Shown here: positions 17,241 through 26,046 of the stretch, piece by piece
Numbering within the stretch: the first letter of the stretch is position 1
Layout of the letters: every line of letters begins with the position of its first letter
From: a virus
Lineage: Duplodnaviria; Caudoviricetes
Length of the DNA stretch: 53,648 nucleotides
Direction: 5' to 3' (one strand)
Virus record (IMG/VR): IMGVR_UViG_3300024999_000141
Span: 1 to 53,648 of that record
The notes under the pieces: generated by a model
The model's database searches: none
Told to the model about the DNA's origin: nothing
What the model saw: the letters and a program-made list of their open reading frames with translations, nothing else
Program-made: the position numbers and the translations under genes

Positions 17241-17521
17241 TGGACGCGGATGCACGGACGACCCGGGTCACGACCCGGGGCGGCGCCGCCGAGGACGTCA
17301 GCGGGCTGCACCTGGACGCCGAAGCGGCCGCTTGCTCCGCTGCCGCCGACTACTGGAGCGAGGGCCCGCAGCTGTTCTGCCGAACCGTCAGGGACCGCGT
17401 GGCCGGCATGGGCGAGGTCAAACTGGACGTCGAGGTCATCGACGACGACGGCGACGTCACCCGCTGGACCGTCCGCCGGGTCACGAGCTTCGAGGCCTGC
17501 CGGGCCGAGGTGGATGGATGA
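17240..17521 (+). CDS. Hypothetical protein
   Basis: Coupled start and stop with neighbours. Confidence 0.55.
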   Translation: MDADARTTRVTTRGGAAEDVSGLHLDAEAAACSAAADYWSEGPQLFCRTVRDRVAGMGEVKLDVEVIDDDGDVTRWTVRRVTSFEACRAEVDG

Positions 17522-18099
17522 GCGCCCCGACCCTCGCCCCCAAGGAGCTCGCCCAGATCCGTCGCGACGGAAGCGACGCCCTCAACGGCCGCCTGCTGGC
17601 CGGCCCGCCGCTGCGCGCTCTCGGCGGCGACGTCCTCAACCTGCTCGACGCCCTGGAGCACGAGCGGATGCTGCGGCAGCAGGCCGAGCGGGACATCGAG
17701 CGCGTCGGGGCTGAGAGCAGGCTTCGCGGTGAGCTGCTCGACCGGGTCAAGACCGCCGTCGGGGAGGGCTGGTGGCACGGGGCCGTCGACCACATCGAGC
17801 GCCTCGCCGGCACGGTCGCCCGCGCCGCCACCGCCGACTACGAAGCGCCGGCCTCCGACGTCGGTCAGCTCCAGCAGCGCATCGCCGACCTCGAGGAGCA
17901 GCTCCGGGTGGCCACCGGGCAGCGCAGGCCGACCGAGGAGGAGCGCATCGCCGTCGCCGAAGCCGAGGTCAAGATCGGGCGGATCCTCTCCCGGCTGGTC
18001 GGCCTCTGCCCCGGGTGCCACGGGCACGGGGTTCGGGACTGCGCGGGTGGGGCCGGGCCCTGCGATGAGTGCGCGTGCACGGGGAGGGTCGGGGGATGA
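17518..18099 (+). CDS. Coiled-coil protein with C-terminal CxxCxGxG zinc finger
   Basis: CPGCHGHG...CDECACTG. Confidence 0.6.
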   Translation: MSAPTLAPKELAQIRRDGSDALNGRLLAGPPLRALGGDVLNLLDALEHERMLRQQAERDIERVGAESRLRGELLDRVKTAVGEGWWHGAVDHIERLAGTVARAATADYEAPASDVGQLQQRIADLEEQLRVATGQRRPTEEERIAVAEAEVKIGRILSRLVGLCPGCHGHGVRDCAGGAGPCDECACTGRVGG

Positions 18100-18371
18100 C
18101 CCGCCGCATCCACAGCTGCCTGTCCGTCGAGGGCTGGCTGAGCCGCGCGGTGCGGGCCACCAAGGCCGAGCGCAAGCGGATAACCCTCGGCATGACCGAC
18201 GACGCAGGGCGCCCGCTGACCTTCGAGCAGGCCTACGAGGCGATGCTGCAGGAGCTACTGCAGGGCCATCGGATGCTGCCTGTCGGCAAGGCCTGCGAGG
18301 GCTTCAGCTACGAGACGGGGTGCCCGGGGCATGAGATCGCGGACGGTGACCAGGGGGTGCCCCGTGGGTGA
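18096..18371 (+). CDS. Small phage protein
   Basis: ...PVGKACEGFSYETGCPGH motif; ATGA overlap. Confidence 0.65.
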   Translation: MTRRIHSCLSVEGWLSRAVRATKAERKRITLGMTDDAGRPLTFEQAYEAMLQELLQGHRMLPVGKACEGFSYETGCPGHEIADGDQGVPRG

Positions 18372-18633
18372 GCCCATCGCTTCCCGTCCCCGCAAGGCGT
18401 GGCTGGTGACCGGCTTCGACGCAAGTTGCGTCTGCTGGGTGGAGAGTCGCGGCAAGGCCCGGATGTTGGCGGCTCGTAGTGCCCACGAGGCACTCAACAT
18501 CCCAATCGGCGATGCACTCAAGGGGCTGTCGGTGAAGCGAAGTCCGGCTCACGACTACCTGACCGGGCATTACGTCCCGTCGATGGTGATCGACGTCGAA
18601 TACCTGGCGATCGATGAGGCCCTCCGTGGGTGA
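18364..18633 (+). CDS. Hypothetical protein
   Basis: Fills the gap between coupled genes; flanked by a 12-bp direct repeat. Confidence 0.55.
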   Translation: MGEPIASRPRKAWLVTGFDASCVCWVESRGKARMLAARSAHEALNIPIGDALKGLSVKRSPAHDYLTGHYVPSMVIDVEYLAIDEALRG

Positions 18634-20488
18634 GCGCACCTACCGCATCCTGCACCTCTTCGCCGGCATCGGCGGAGGCGCCCTCGGCTTCCAGGCCGCG
18701 GCAGCGCAGTGGGGTGGCCTCGCGGGCCGCTTTGAGACCGTCGTCGGCATCGACTGCGACGCCGCTGCCTGTGCGGACTTCGAGGCGCTCACCGGGGCCA
18801 GGGCCGTCCGCGCTGACCTGGCCACGATGACCCCGGCCGAGCTGCTTGCTGTCGCCGGCGACGAAGCGCCCGACGTGGTCTTCGCCAGCCCCCCATGCAA
18901 GGGCTTCAGCGGGCTGCTGCCCAAGGCCAGCGCCGCCGGGGAGCACTACCAGCTGCTCAACCGGCTCGTCCTGCAGGGGCTGTTCCTGGTACTGGAGGCG
19001 TGGCCGGCGCGCCCCCCGCGGCTGATCCTCATCGAGAACGTCCCCCGGATCGTCTCCCGCGGGGCCGTGCTGCTGGCGCAGGTCGAGCAGCTGCTGCGCT
19101 CCTACGGCTACCGCTTCGACCGCAGCACCCACGACTGCGGCGAGCTCGGCGGCCTCGGGCAGCACCGCAGCCGGTTCCTCCTGCTGGCCCGGCACGAGCG
19201 CCAGCTGCCGTCGGTGGTCTACCGTCCGGCGAAGAAGCGGGTGCGCTCGATTGGCGAGGTCCTCGAGCAGCTGCCCCTCCCCGGCGAGGCGTCCGCGGGT
19301 CCGCTGCACCGGCTCCCCCGGCTGCAGTGGAAGACGTGGGTGCGGCTGGCGCTGATCCCGGCCGGTGGCGACTGGCGCGACCTGCCGCAGGGCGAGTACG
19401 CCGTGGTCGGGGATCCGGGCAAGTTCAAGGGCAGGCCCGGTCTGATAGGCGTGGCGCCGTGGGACGAACCGGCCTCGGCTGTCACCGGCAGCGCCAGCGC
19501 GACCGGGAGCAACGGCATGGGGGCCGTCGCCGATCCACGTCCCGGCCGGGTCGTGCAGCCCTTCAACAACGTCTACCGCCTCATGCGCTGGGATCAGCCG
19601 TCCGGCGCGGTCACCGCTGGCGGCGGCCCGAGTTCGAGCGGCGTCTGCGTCGCCGACCCTCGGCTGGGCCACGAGCCCCGCAAGGGCGCCCTCCGCATGA
19701 TCCCGTGGGGCGAGCCTGCTCCGACAGTCACCGGGGCCGCCGGCATCGGCCGCAGCTGCTCCTACGGCGTCGCCGACCCGCGCACCTCCGGGCGCTTCCA
19801 CAACCAGCTGCGGGTGGAGGCCTGGGGCGAGCCGGCGCACACCGTGACCGGGGTCGATCACGTCACCGGCGGAGCCCCATCGGTCGCCGACCCTCGGCTC
19901 GGCTGCTCCCCGCGCTCTGGCGCCTACCGAGTCCAGCGGTGGGACGAACCGGCGAGCACCGTGATCGGCAGCGCGGACGTCCACGCCGGCAGCTCGGCGG
20001 TCGCCGACCCCCGCATCCCCGGGCCCGACGATCGGCTGGACCCCGCCCCGGTCATCATCGCCGAGGACGGCACCTGGCACCGGCCGCTGACGACGCTGGA
20101 ACTCGCCGCGCTGCAGGACCTGCCGATGCGGATGGCCGACGGGTCGCCGCTGACGCTGGCCGGGCGAAGCGACAAGGCTTGGCGGGAGCGAGTCGGGAAC
20201 GCCGTCCCGGTGGGCACGGCCCGGGCCATCGCCGAGCAGCTGCTGGAGACGCTGCTGCAGGCGGACTCGGGGCTTTGGCTGGTGCCGCAGGGCCACGGCG
20301 AGGTGTGGGTCGAGCAGCCCGAGCGCGCGGCGCTGGCGGACGACCGCTGCGAGATGGACACGGTCGGACACCAGTGCGCCTGCGACCGGGTGTGGTGCGC
20401 GGACGTGGCAGAGGGCGGGGATTGGTGGCTGAGCCGGGGCTTCGCTGGGGATGAGCTGAGGCCTGAAGCAGGAGGAACGGAACGATGA
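18626..20488 (+). CDS. C5 DNA cytosine methyltransferase with five internal repeats
   Basis: LFAGIGG, SPPCKGFS, ENV, QHRSR and GNAVP motifs. Confidence 0.93.
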   Translation: MGERTYRILHLFAGIGGGALGFQAAAAQWGGLAGRFETVVGIDCDAAACADFEALTGARAVRADLATMTPAELLAVAGDEAPDVVFASPPCKGFSGLLPKASAAGEHYQLLNRLVLQGLFLVLEAWPARPPRLILIENVPRIVSRGAVLLAQVEQLLRSYGYRFDRSTHDCGELGGLGQHRSRFLLLARHERQLPSVVYRPAKKRVRSIGEVLEQLPLPGEASAGPLHRLPRLQWKTWVRLALIPAGGDWRDLPQGEYAVVGDPGKFKGRPGLIGVAPWDEPASAVTGSASATGSNGMGAVADPRPGRVVQPFNNVYRLMRWDQPSGAVTAGGGPSSSGVCVADPRLGHEPRKGALRMIPWGEPAPTVTGAAGIGRSCSYGVADPRTSGRFHNQLRVEAWGEPAHTVTGVDHVTGGAPSVADPRLGCSPRSGAYRVQRWDEPASTVIGSADVHAGSSAVADPRIPGPDDRLDPAPVIIAEDGTWHRPLTTLELAALQDLPMRMADGSPLTLAGRSDKAWRERVGNAVPVGTARAIAEQLLETLLQADSGLWLVPQGHGEVWVEQPERAALADDRCEMDTVGHQCACDRVWCADVAEGGDWWLSRGFAGDELRPEAGGTER

Positions 20489-20619
20489 ACCGCACCACTG
20501 GCACCGTCCTGATCGTCATCGCCTGCGTCGGTGGCGCCGTCGGACTCCAGATCGTCGCACCGTGCCTCTGGATCGAGATCACCCTGCTGGCGATCGCCGG
20601 GCTGGGGTCGCTGTCGTGA
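20485..20619 (+). CDS. Small membrane protein (44 aa)
   Basis: MNRTTGTVLIVIACVGGAVG...ITLLAIAGLG; AGGAGG upstream; overlaps both neighbours. Confidence 0.5.
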   Translation: MNRTTGTVLIVIACVGGAVGLQIVAPCLWIEITLLAIAGLGSLS

Positions 20620-21467
20620 CCGCGGCCACCGACCAGCTGACGATTCCGGACCCTGTGGTCGACGAACCGACCGCCCCGGCGACTAAGAAGCGCTCGGCCG
20701 CGGAGCTGACCGCCGATCTGCGCCTGCGCCTGCGCTCCAGGTATGCCGAGGCCCGTCGGTACGCCGTCCTCGAGGAGGTCGGCAACGGCACAGGGAGCGC
20801 CGCCTCGCGCTCCTGCGACCTGCTGGCGATCAGCCTCTGGCCCATGGACCACCTCGAATGGCACGGCCACGAGGTGAAGGCCTCCCGCTCGGACTGGCTC
20901 CGGGAGATCAAGGACCCCGACAAGGCCGACGCCTTCGCCCGCTACTGCGACCGGTGGTGGATCGTCGCCGCCGACCGAGCGGTCGTCCACCTCGACGAGC
21001 TCCGGGACGGCTGGGGGCTGCTGGTGCCCAGCGGCGACGGGCTGCGGGCGGTCGTCGGCGCGGCCAAACGAAAGCCGCAGGAGGCCCCCCGCTCCCTGTT
21101 CGCCGCTCTCATCCGCCGGGTCATGGAGGCCTCGCCGGGGGAGGACGAGCGGCGCGCCCTGTTCCACCAGGCGGCCGAGGCGGAGCGGAAGCTGCGGGAC
21201 GCCGAGCGAGTCCGGGGCCTCCTGCAGCAGCGCCTCGACGAGCAGCAGAAGGCCATCGCGGACTTCGAGGCGGCCAGCGGGCTGCGCATCGAGAACTACG
21301 GGGGCAAGCGCCTTGGCGAGGACGTCGCGCGCCTGCACACCCTGGATCTCGGCGACTACCGCATCGGGGAGTTCGAACGGCTGGCCGGCACGGCTCGCCG
21401 GCTCGCCGAGGCCGCAACGGATGCCCTGGAGGCCGCCAAGGCCCTCGGGACGAGGGCAGGACGATGA
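20616..21467 (+). CDS. MmcB-like PD-(D/E)XK endonuclease with coiled coil
   Basis: EEV...CDLLAI...HEVKASRSDWLRE...YCDRWWIV...GWGLL. Confidence 0.75.
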   Translation: MTAATDQLTIPDPVVDEPTAPATKKRSAAELTADLRLRLRSRYAEARRYAVLEEVGNGTGSAASRSCDLLAISLWPMDHLEWHGHEVKASRSDWLREIKDPDKADAFARYCDRWWIVAADRAVVHLDELRDGWGLLVPSGDGLRAVVGAAKRKPQEAPRSLFAALIRRVMEASPGEDERRALFHQAAEAERKLRDAERVRGLLQQRLDEQQKAIADFEAASGLRIENYGGKRLGEDVARLHTLDLGDYRIGEFERLAGTARRLAEAATDALEAAKALGTRAGR

Positions 21468-21994
21468 GCACCACCGGCGAGATCCGCGGCTGCACCCTGC
21501 ATCGTCCCTGGCCCGGGGCCTTCCTGCTCCCGGAGCGGACGATCCCCGGCGACACGGCGCAGGTCCTGCGTCCGAAGCGCGTCGAGAATCGGGACTGGTA
21601 CCCGAAGTGGGCCTGCCGGCCGATGTCCGAGGGGACCGCGGTCGCTCGACCCGGGATCTACCTCGCCCTCCACGCCGGGTTGCAGGTCGACGACCGGGCT
21701 CTGGTCGAGGTCTGGCGCTGGGGGTGGCCCGAGCTGCGCAGGGGTGAGGCCTCCGTCATCGTCGCCGTCTGCCGGCTGGCCCGCGTGCTGGATTGCGACA
21801 TGGGGTTCAACCACCCGTTGATCCGCGCGCATCGGCCGTGGGCCATGGGCCGCTATCTCTGGGAGGTCGACCAGGTCGCCGCGCTGCCGGAGCCGGTGGC
21901 GTGCAAGGGCGCGCAGGGGCTCTGGCCGTTGCCGCCGGAGGTGCTTGCCCGGGTGCGGATGCAGTGGGCCGCGGCGACGACGAGAGGCGAGTGA
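21464..21994 (+). CDS. ASCH domain protein
   Basis: TLHRPW, KRVENR, LALHAG and PVACKGAQGLW motifs. Confidence 0.85.
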   Translation: MSTTGEIRGCTLHRPWPGAFLLPERTIPGDTAQVLRPKRVENRDWYPKWACRPMSEGTAVARPGIYLALHAGLQVDDRALVEVWRWGWPELRRGEASVIVAVCRLARVLDCDMGFNHPLIRAHRPWAMGRYLWEVDQVAALPEPVACKGAQGLWPLPPEVLARVRMQWAAATTRGE

Positions 21995-22554
21995 TGGGAG
22001 GCGAGACCCGATGGCCCCTGCGGCAGGCCGCCGCCCTGGCGCGCAGCCTGGTGACGTTCCTGGAGCCGTACTGCGATCGCATCGAGGTGGCCGGCAGCGT
22101 GCGCCGCCAGAAGGCCGACGTCGGTGACATCGAGCTCGTGCTCGTGCCCAAGCTGGAGCAGCGCCCCGTGCCCGGCCAGCTCGGGCTGCTGGACGCTCCG
22201 CGCACCCGGCAGGTGTCGCTGGCCTGGGAGGAGTTGGACCGACTGGTCGTTGCCGGGAAGCTGGCGCCGGCCACGAGGTGCGGCGACCGCTACCGTTGCC
22301 ACCCGGCCACGGCGGGCCTGCCCCAGATCGACCTGTTCGCCGTGCTGCCGCCGGCGCAGTGGGGCCCCATCTTCGCCGTCCGGACCGGCCCTGCGGACTT
22401 CGGCCGCGGCTGCATGATCCGCCTGCAGCAGCGCGGCCTGCGGCTCAAGGATGGCAGGGTGCTGCGCGGCGATGTCGTCGTGGACTGCCCTGAGGAAGCC
22501 GACTTCTTCCGGGCGTGCGGGCTCGTCTGGGTCGGGCCGAAGGAGCGACGGTGA
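21994..22554 (+). CDS. Minimal DNA polymerase X-like nucleotidyltransferase
   Basis: IEVAGSVRR...GDIE, QIDLF, RTGPADF and C-terminal thumb motif. Confidence 0.85.
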   Translation: MGGETRWPLRQAAALARSLVTFLEPYCDRIEVAGSVRRQKADVGDIELVLVPKLEQRPVPGQLGLLDAPRTRQVSLAWEELDRLVVAGKLAPATRCGDRYRCHPATAGLPQIDLFAVLPPAQWGPIFAVRTGPADFGRGCMIRLQQRGLRLKDGRVLRGDVVVDCPEEADFFRACGLVWVGPKERR

Positions 22555-22730
22555 GGGCCCGCCTCCGCCAGACGATCGCCCGATCGTTCCGCCAGGGGCA
22601 CTGCGTCGCTGAGATCGCCGCCCGCTACGGCATCTGGCAGGCCGAGGTCGAGCAGGCGCTGCGCCGCGAGACGTGGCCGCAGGACTTCAAGCGGAGGCCT
22701 CGTCGCCCGAATGCGGGGGCTCAGCCATGA
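22551..22730 (+). CDS. Small HTH protein (DUF433-like)
   Basis: GHCVAEIAARYGI...VEQALR. Confidence 0.5.
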   Translation: MRARLRQTIARSFRQGHCVAEIAARYGIWQAEVEQALRRETWPQDFKRRPRRPNAGAQP

Positions 22731-23188
22731 AGCGCGCCGCCCTCCGCCGCAAGACCACCCTGCGCCGCACCGCCATCGGCAAGGTGCACGCGCGCCGGGA
22801 GCAGCGCTGCCCCGGCTGCCACTGTCGGGAGCTGGTGCTCGGCCACGGCCTGGTCGCCCCGATCGCCGTCGCCCCCGGCTGCGTCTACCAGGTGATCACC
22901 GCGGCGGCGCGGCTCTGCGCCTGCTGCGGCATGGTCGTCCTTTCGCTGGCGCAGCGCCGCGCCGCAGACGCCGACGCCTACGCCCAGCATCGGCAGGTCA
23001 TCCTCGAGCGCGACGGCTGGCGCTGCCAGCGCTGCGGCCGCGGCGGGCCCGGATCGGGGGTGGCCGTCGAGGTTGCGCACAAGGTCGGCTTCTCCCGCGC
23101 CCGCAACCCCGGCGCCACCAAGCACGCGCCCGAGCACATCGAGGCCTGCTGCCTCGACTGCCATTGGGCCGAGCACGCAGGCAGATAG
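22727..23188 (+). CDS. HNH endonuclease
   Basis: VILERDGWRCQRCG...VAH...CLDCH. Confidence 0.8.
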   Translation: MKRAALRRKTTLRRTAIGKVHARREQRCPGCHCRELVLGHGLVAPIAVAPGCVYQVITAAARLCACCGMVVLSLAQRRAADADAYAQHRQVILERDGWRCQRCGRGGPGSGVAVEVAHKVGFSRARNPGATKHAPEHIEACCLDCHWAEHAGR

Positions 23189-23197
23189 GAGGTCGCT

Positions 23198-23536
23198 GTG
23201 TCACTCGACGCTGCCATCGCCGCGATCGTCCGCGCCGCAGTCGAGGATGCCGTCCGGCCGCTGACCCTTCGGCTGAGCGAGATGGAGGCCGCGGTCCGGG
23301 CCGCGCCCCCGGTGGAATGGTTGACCGTCGCCCAGGCAGCGACCATGCTGACCGTCCGTCCGGCCACCGTGCGTGCCTGGCTCGACCGGGGTCTGCTCAC
23401 CGCCCACGGCACCCGCCGAGCCCTGCGCGTTGCGCGCCGGGAGCTGGTGGCGATGCAGCCCGACGCCGGCGGAGCCGAGGTCGTCGACCTCGACAAGCGG
23501 GCAGCCGAGATCGTCGCCCGCAGGAGGGCCCGCTGA
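23198..23536 (+). CDS. xis: Excisionase (HTH_17-like)
   Basis: WLTVAQAATMLTVRPATVRAWLDRGLL; coupled to the integrase. Confidence 0.82.
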   Translation: MSLDAAIAAIVRAAVEDAVRPLTLRLSEMEAAVRAAPPVEWLTVAQAATMLTVRPATVRAWLDRGLLTAHGTRRALRVARRELVAMQPDAGGAEVVDLDKRAAEIVARRRAR

Positions 23537-24966
23537 TGGCCAGCATCTACCCGCGGGGCAAGGCCCTCTGGGCTCACTACTACGAGCCCGACGGCACTCG
23601 CCGCAGCGTCAGCCTGGGCCTCCGGGTGGGGCAGGAGGCGGCCGCCCAGCGGCTGGCCGACCTGCTCGAGCAGAAGTCGGCAGAGGAAGCTCCGGCGCCA
23701 TCACCGAAGACCGTCGCCGAGTGGGTGAAGGTCTGGGGCGCGACCCGCGACAAGCGACCCGGCTGGAAGCCCACCGAGAGCCGTTTGCGGATGCACGTCC
23801 TGCCCGAGATCGGCGCCATGCTGCTCGGCGACGTCAAGCCGAGGCACCTGATCGCGCTGGTGCAGAAGTGCGAGAGCGCGGGGTTGGCGCCGCGCACCGT
23901 GCGGATGGTCTACTCGTCATGCCGCCTGCTGTTCAGAGCCGCCCAGGTGGCCGAGCTCATCCCGGCGACGCCCTGCGTCCTGCGCGAGCAGCTGCCGAAG
24001 AACGTCGACCGGGACGCGACCTGGAGAGCGCTGGCGGTGTTCAACCGGGGGGAGCTCGAGCAGTTGCTGGACGACGAACGGCTGCCGCCGGACGAGCGGA
24101 TCCTCGTGGCGCTGAAGGGATTGGCGGGCCTGCGCAACGTCGAGGCCTCGGCGCTCCGCTGGAGCTGGTGGGACCGCCTGGCCGCGCCGCTGACCAAGCT
24201 GCTGCTCGCCCGCACCAAGACCGGCCAGCCGCGTCAGGTGCCGGTGCATCCGGTGCTCGCTGCGATGCTCAGCGAGTGGGCCCTCTCCGGCTGGGCAGCG
24301 CGCTATGGCCGCTCGCCACAGCCAGAAGACCTGATGGTGCCGCGGTCGATCGACCCCGAGCGGGAGCGGACCGCACTCTACAGCTGCGACCATTTCAAGC
24401 GGCTGCTGGTCAAGGTCGGCCTGCGCCATCGCCGCGGCCACGACCTCCGCCGCACCTTCGTCACCCTGACCAGAGCAGACGGAGCACGCAGCGACGTGCT
24501 CGAGGCGATAACGCACGGCACCCGGGGCAACATCGTCGACGTCTACACGGAGTGGCCGTGGGCGACCCTCTGCGAGGCCGTCTCCTGCCTCAAGGTGGCC
24601 CGACGGGAGCGGCGCACGGTCACACTGCTCAGGGCGGCAACTGGTACACCTGCTGGTACAGTCGAGGCTGTCGCCGGACCCACCCTGAGTGAAAACGCCT
24701 ACTTGAGTGAGCGAGAAAGCTCAGAACAGATGTTCTTCTGCATCACTCGGCGCGACGACGTTTCGAGCGGTCTCGCGCCGCCTGACGTTGTCCGGAGCCG
24801 CGGTGACCGGGATCTGGGTGATCGGCAGGTGACGCCTGGAGTGGTTGAAAAGCGCCTCTTCTGTACCAACTGTACCAGCACGCTTCGCGGGGTTTTGGAG
24901 CTGATCGAGGGGGGGAGGATCGAGGAAGCGCGGGAGCGGATCCGGGGGGTGCTCGGCGGGAGGTAG
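23536..24966 (+). CDS. int: Tyrosine integrase
   Basis: GLRNVE, TKT, HDLRRT, THG and VY catalytic motifs; long C-terminal extension. Confidence 0.93.
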   Translation: MASIYPRGKALWAHYYEPDGTRRSVSLGLRVGQEAAAQRLADLLEQKSAEEAPAPSPKTVAEWVKVWGATRDKRPGWKPTESRLRMHVLPEIGAMLLGDVKPRHLIALVQKCESAGLAPRTVRMVYSSCRLLFRAAQVAELIPATPCVLREQLPKNVDRDATWRALAVFNRGELEQLLDDERLPPDERILVALKGLAGLRNVEASALRWSWWDRLAAPLTKLLLARTKTGQPRQVPVHPVLAAMLSEWALSGWAARYGRSPQPEDLMVPRSIDPERERTALYSCDHFKRLLVKVGLRHRRGHDLRRTFVTLTRADGARSDVLEAITHGTRGNIVDVYTEWPWATLCEAVSCLKVARRERRTVTLLRAATGTPAGTVEAVAGPTLSENAYLSERESSEQMFFCITRRDDVSSGLAPPDVVRSRGDRDLGDRQVTPGVVEKRLFCTNCTSTLRGVLELIEGGRIEEARERIRGVLGGR

Positions 24967-25131
24967 CAGCTGCCCCCCTACCCTGTCGAGCAGCGCATTA
25001 CGAATGCGGCGGCCGATCTCGAAGGCCGGCGGATCTGCGCAGGATTCCTAGGCTACCTCGGCACCAAGCCCGGCACCAGATGCCCCGGGCGGGCAGGGTG
25101 ACACCGGGGTCATGGCACCAACGTGGCACCA
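24641..25131. other. Putative attP region with arm-type repeats
   Basis: CTGGTACA x2 (24641, 24653), inverted TGTACCA x2 (24862, 24871), GGCACCA x4 (25060-25131), palindromes at 24723-24736 and 24994-25008. Confidence 0.6.
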
Positions 25132-25161
25132 GAGGCGAGGCAGGCGGGCCGGGACGAGGTC

Positions 25162-25557
25162 TTACGCCTCTGGCTGGCGGGGGAGGAGTTCCGGCGCCTG
25201 GTGCGCGGCACTCATCGGCGAAGTGGTCGGCTGATCCTTTCGGCCGCTCGCCAACGCTGTCACGTGGCCGAGGATTTTCGACGTATCCACGCCGAGATTG
25301 ACCAGGACAAGAATGGACTCCGCTGCCACCCACATCCCGACCCCCACCACCACCCCCCAGCCGATCGACACCATCGACATGCCGGCGCTGATGGCGAACG
25401 CTGAGTCGGTACCTGGGCCGTCGATAGATGACGGGGCGAGCATCTTGAGCGCGGAGATCATCAGGAGGACCCCGGACCCCACGCCGCCGAGCAGCGACAG
25501 GACGGCCAGGATCTTGAGCAGGACGGAGATCAACGTCAGGGCTGGGTACTTGCGCAT
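25162..25557 (-). CDS. Membrane protein with two hydrophobic segments
   Basis: MRKYPALTLISVLLKILAVL...; GGAGG RBS. Confidence 0.7.
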   Translation of the reverse strand: MRKYPALTLISVLLKILAVLSLLGGVGSGVLLMISALKMLAPSSIDGPGTDSAFAISAGMSMVSIGWGVVVGVGMWVAAESILVLVNLGVDTSKILGHVTALASGRKDQPTTSPMSAAHQAPELLPRQPEA

Positions 25558-25599
25558 GGTTCCTCCGGAGTCGTGGTCGTGCCGGGTACGAACGGCACG

Positions 25600-26046
25600 C
25601 TACCCCGCCGAGAGGGACAGAGCAAGTACCACCCCACCGACGATCCCAACGACCACCCCACCAACCCCCCACAGCGCCCTGGCCGTCCAGTCCGCCGGGG
25701 GAGGGCGCACCACCGTCGCCACCGGGCATCCGACCCCCGCGGCCACGTCCCCACGGCACCGGGTCAGCTGCAGCTGCAGCTCGGCCCGCGCGTCGTCGCT
25801 GGCCTGCAGGTCGGCCTCGAGGTCACCGAGCAGGCGCACCGCGAGCAAGGCCTCCCGAGCGTCCGCCGGGGTCAGCGCCTGGAGCGGTTCCGTCACCAGC
25901 TGGCCCGGCAGGCAGAGCGCCGGCGGTAGGCAGGGCAGCGGGGTCACCGCCTGCGGTTCCTCCGGCGGGTCCGTCCCCGACGACTGCGCCAGCGCGGGCC
26001 CGGCGAGCAGCAAGAGCAGCGGTGAGAGCAGCAGCGACCTGGTCAT
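25600..26046 (-). CDS. Signal-peptide protein with coiled coil and C-terminal TM, in the Rz1/spanin position
   Basis: MTRSLLLSPLLLLLAGPALA signal; C-terminal GVGGVVVGIVGGVVLAL; overlaps the Rz-like gene. Confidence 0.6.
   Translation of the reverse strand: MTRSLLLSPLLLLLAGPALAQSSGTDPPEEPQAVTPLPCLPPALCLPGQLVTEPLQALTPADAREALLAVRLLGDLEADLQASDDARAELQLQLTRCRGDVAAGVGCPVATVVRPPPADWTARALWGVGGVVVGIVGGVVLALSLSAG

Noticed and set aside
22711-23535. N-terminal extension making the integrase 751 aa
   Set aside because: It overlaps the HNH and xis genes; TGATG coupling gives a start at 23536
24960-25080. tRNA gene
   Set aside because: Only an anticodon-like stem-loop is present; there is no D arm, T arm (GTTCGA) or acceptor stem
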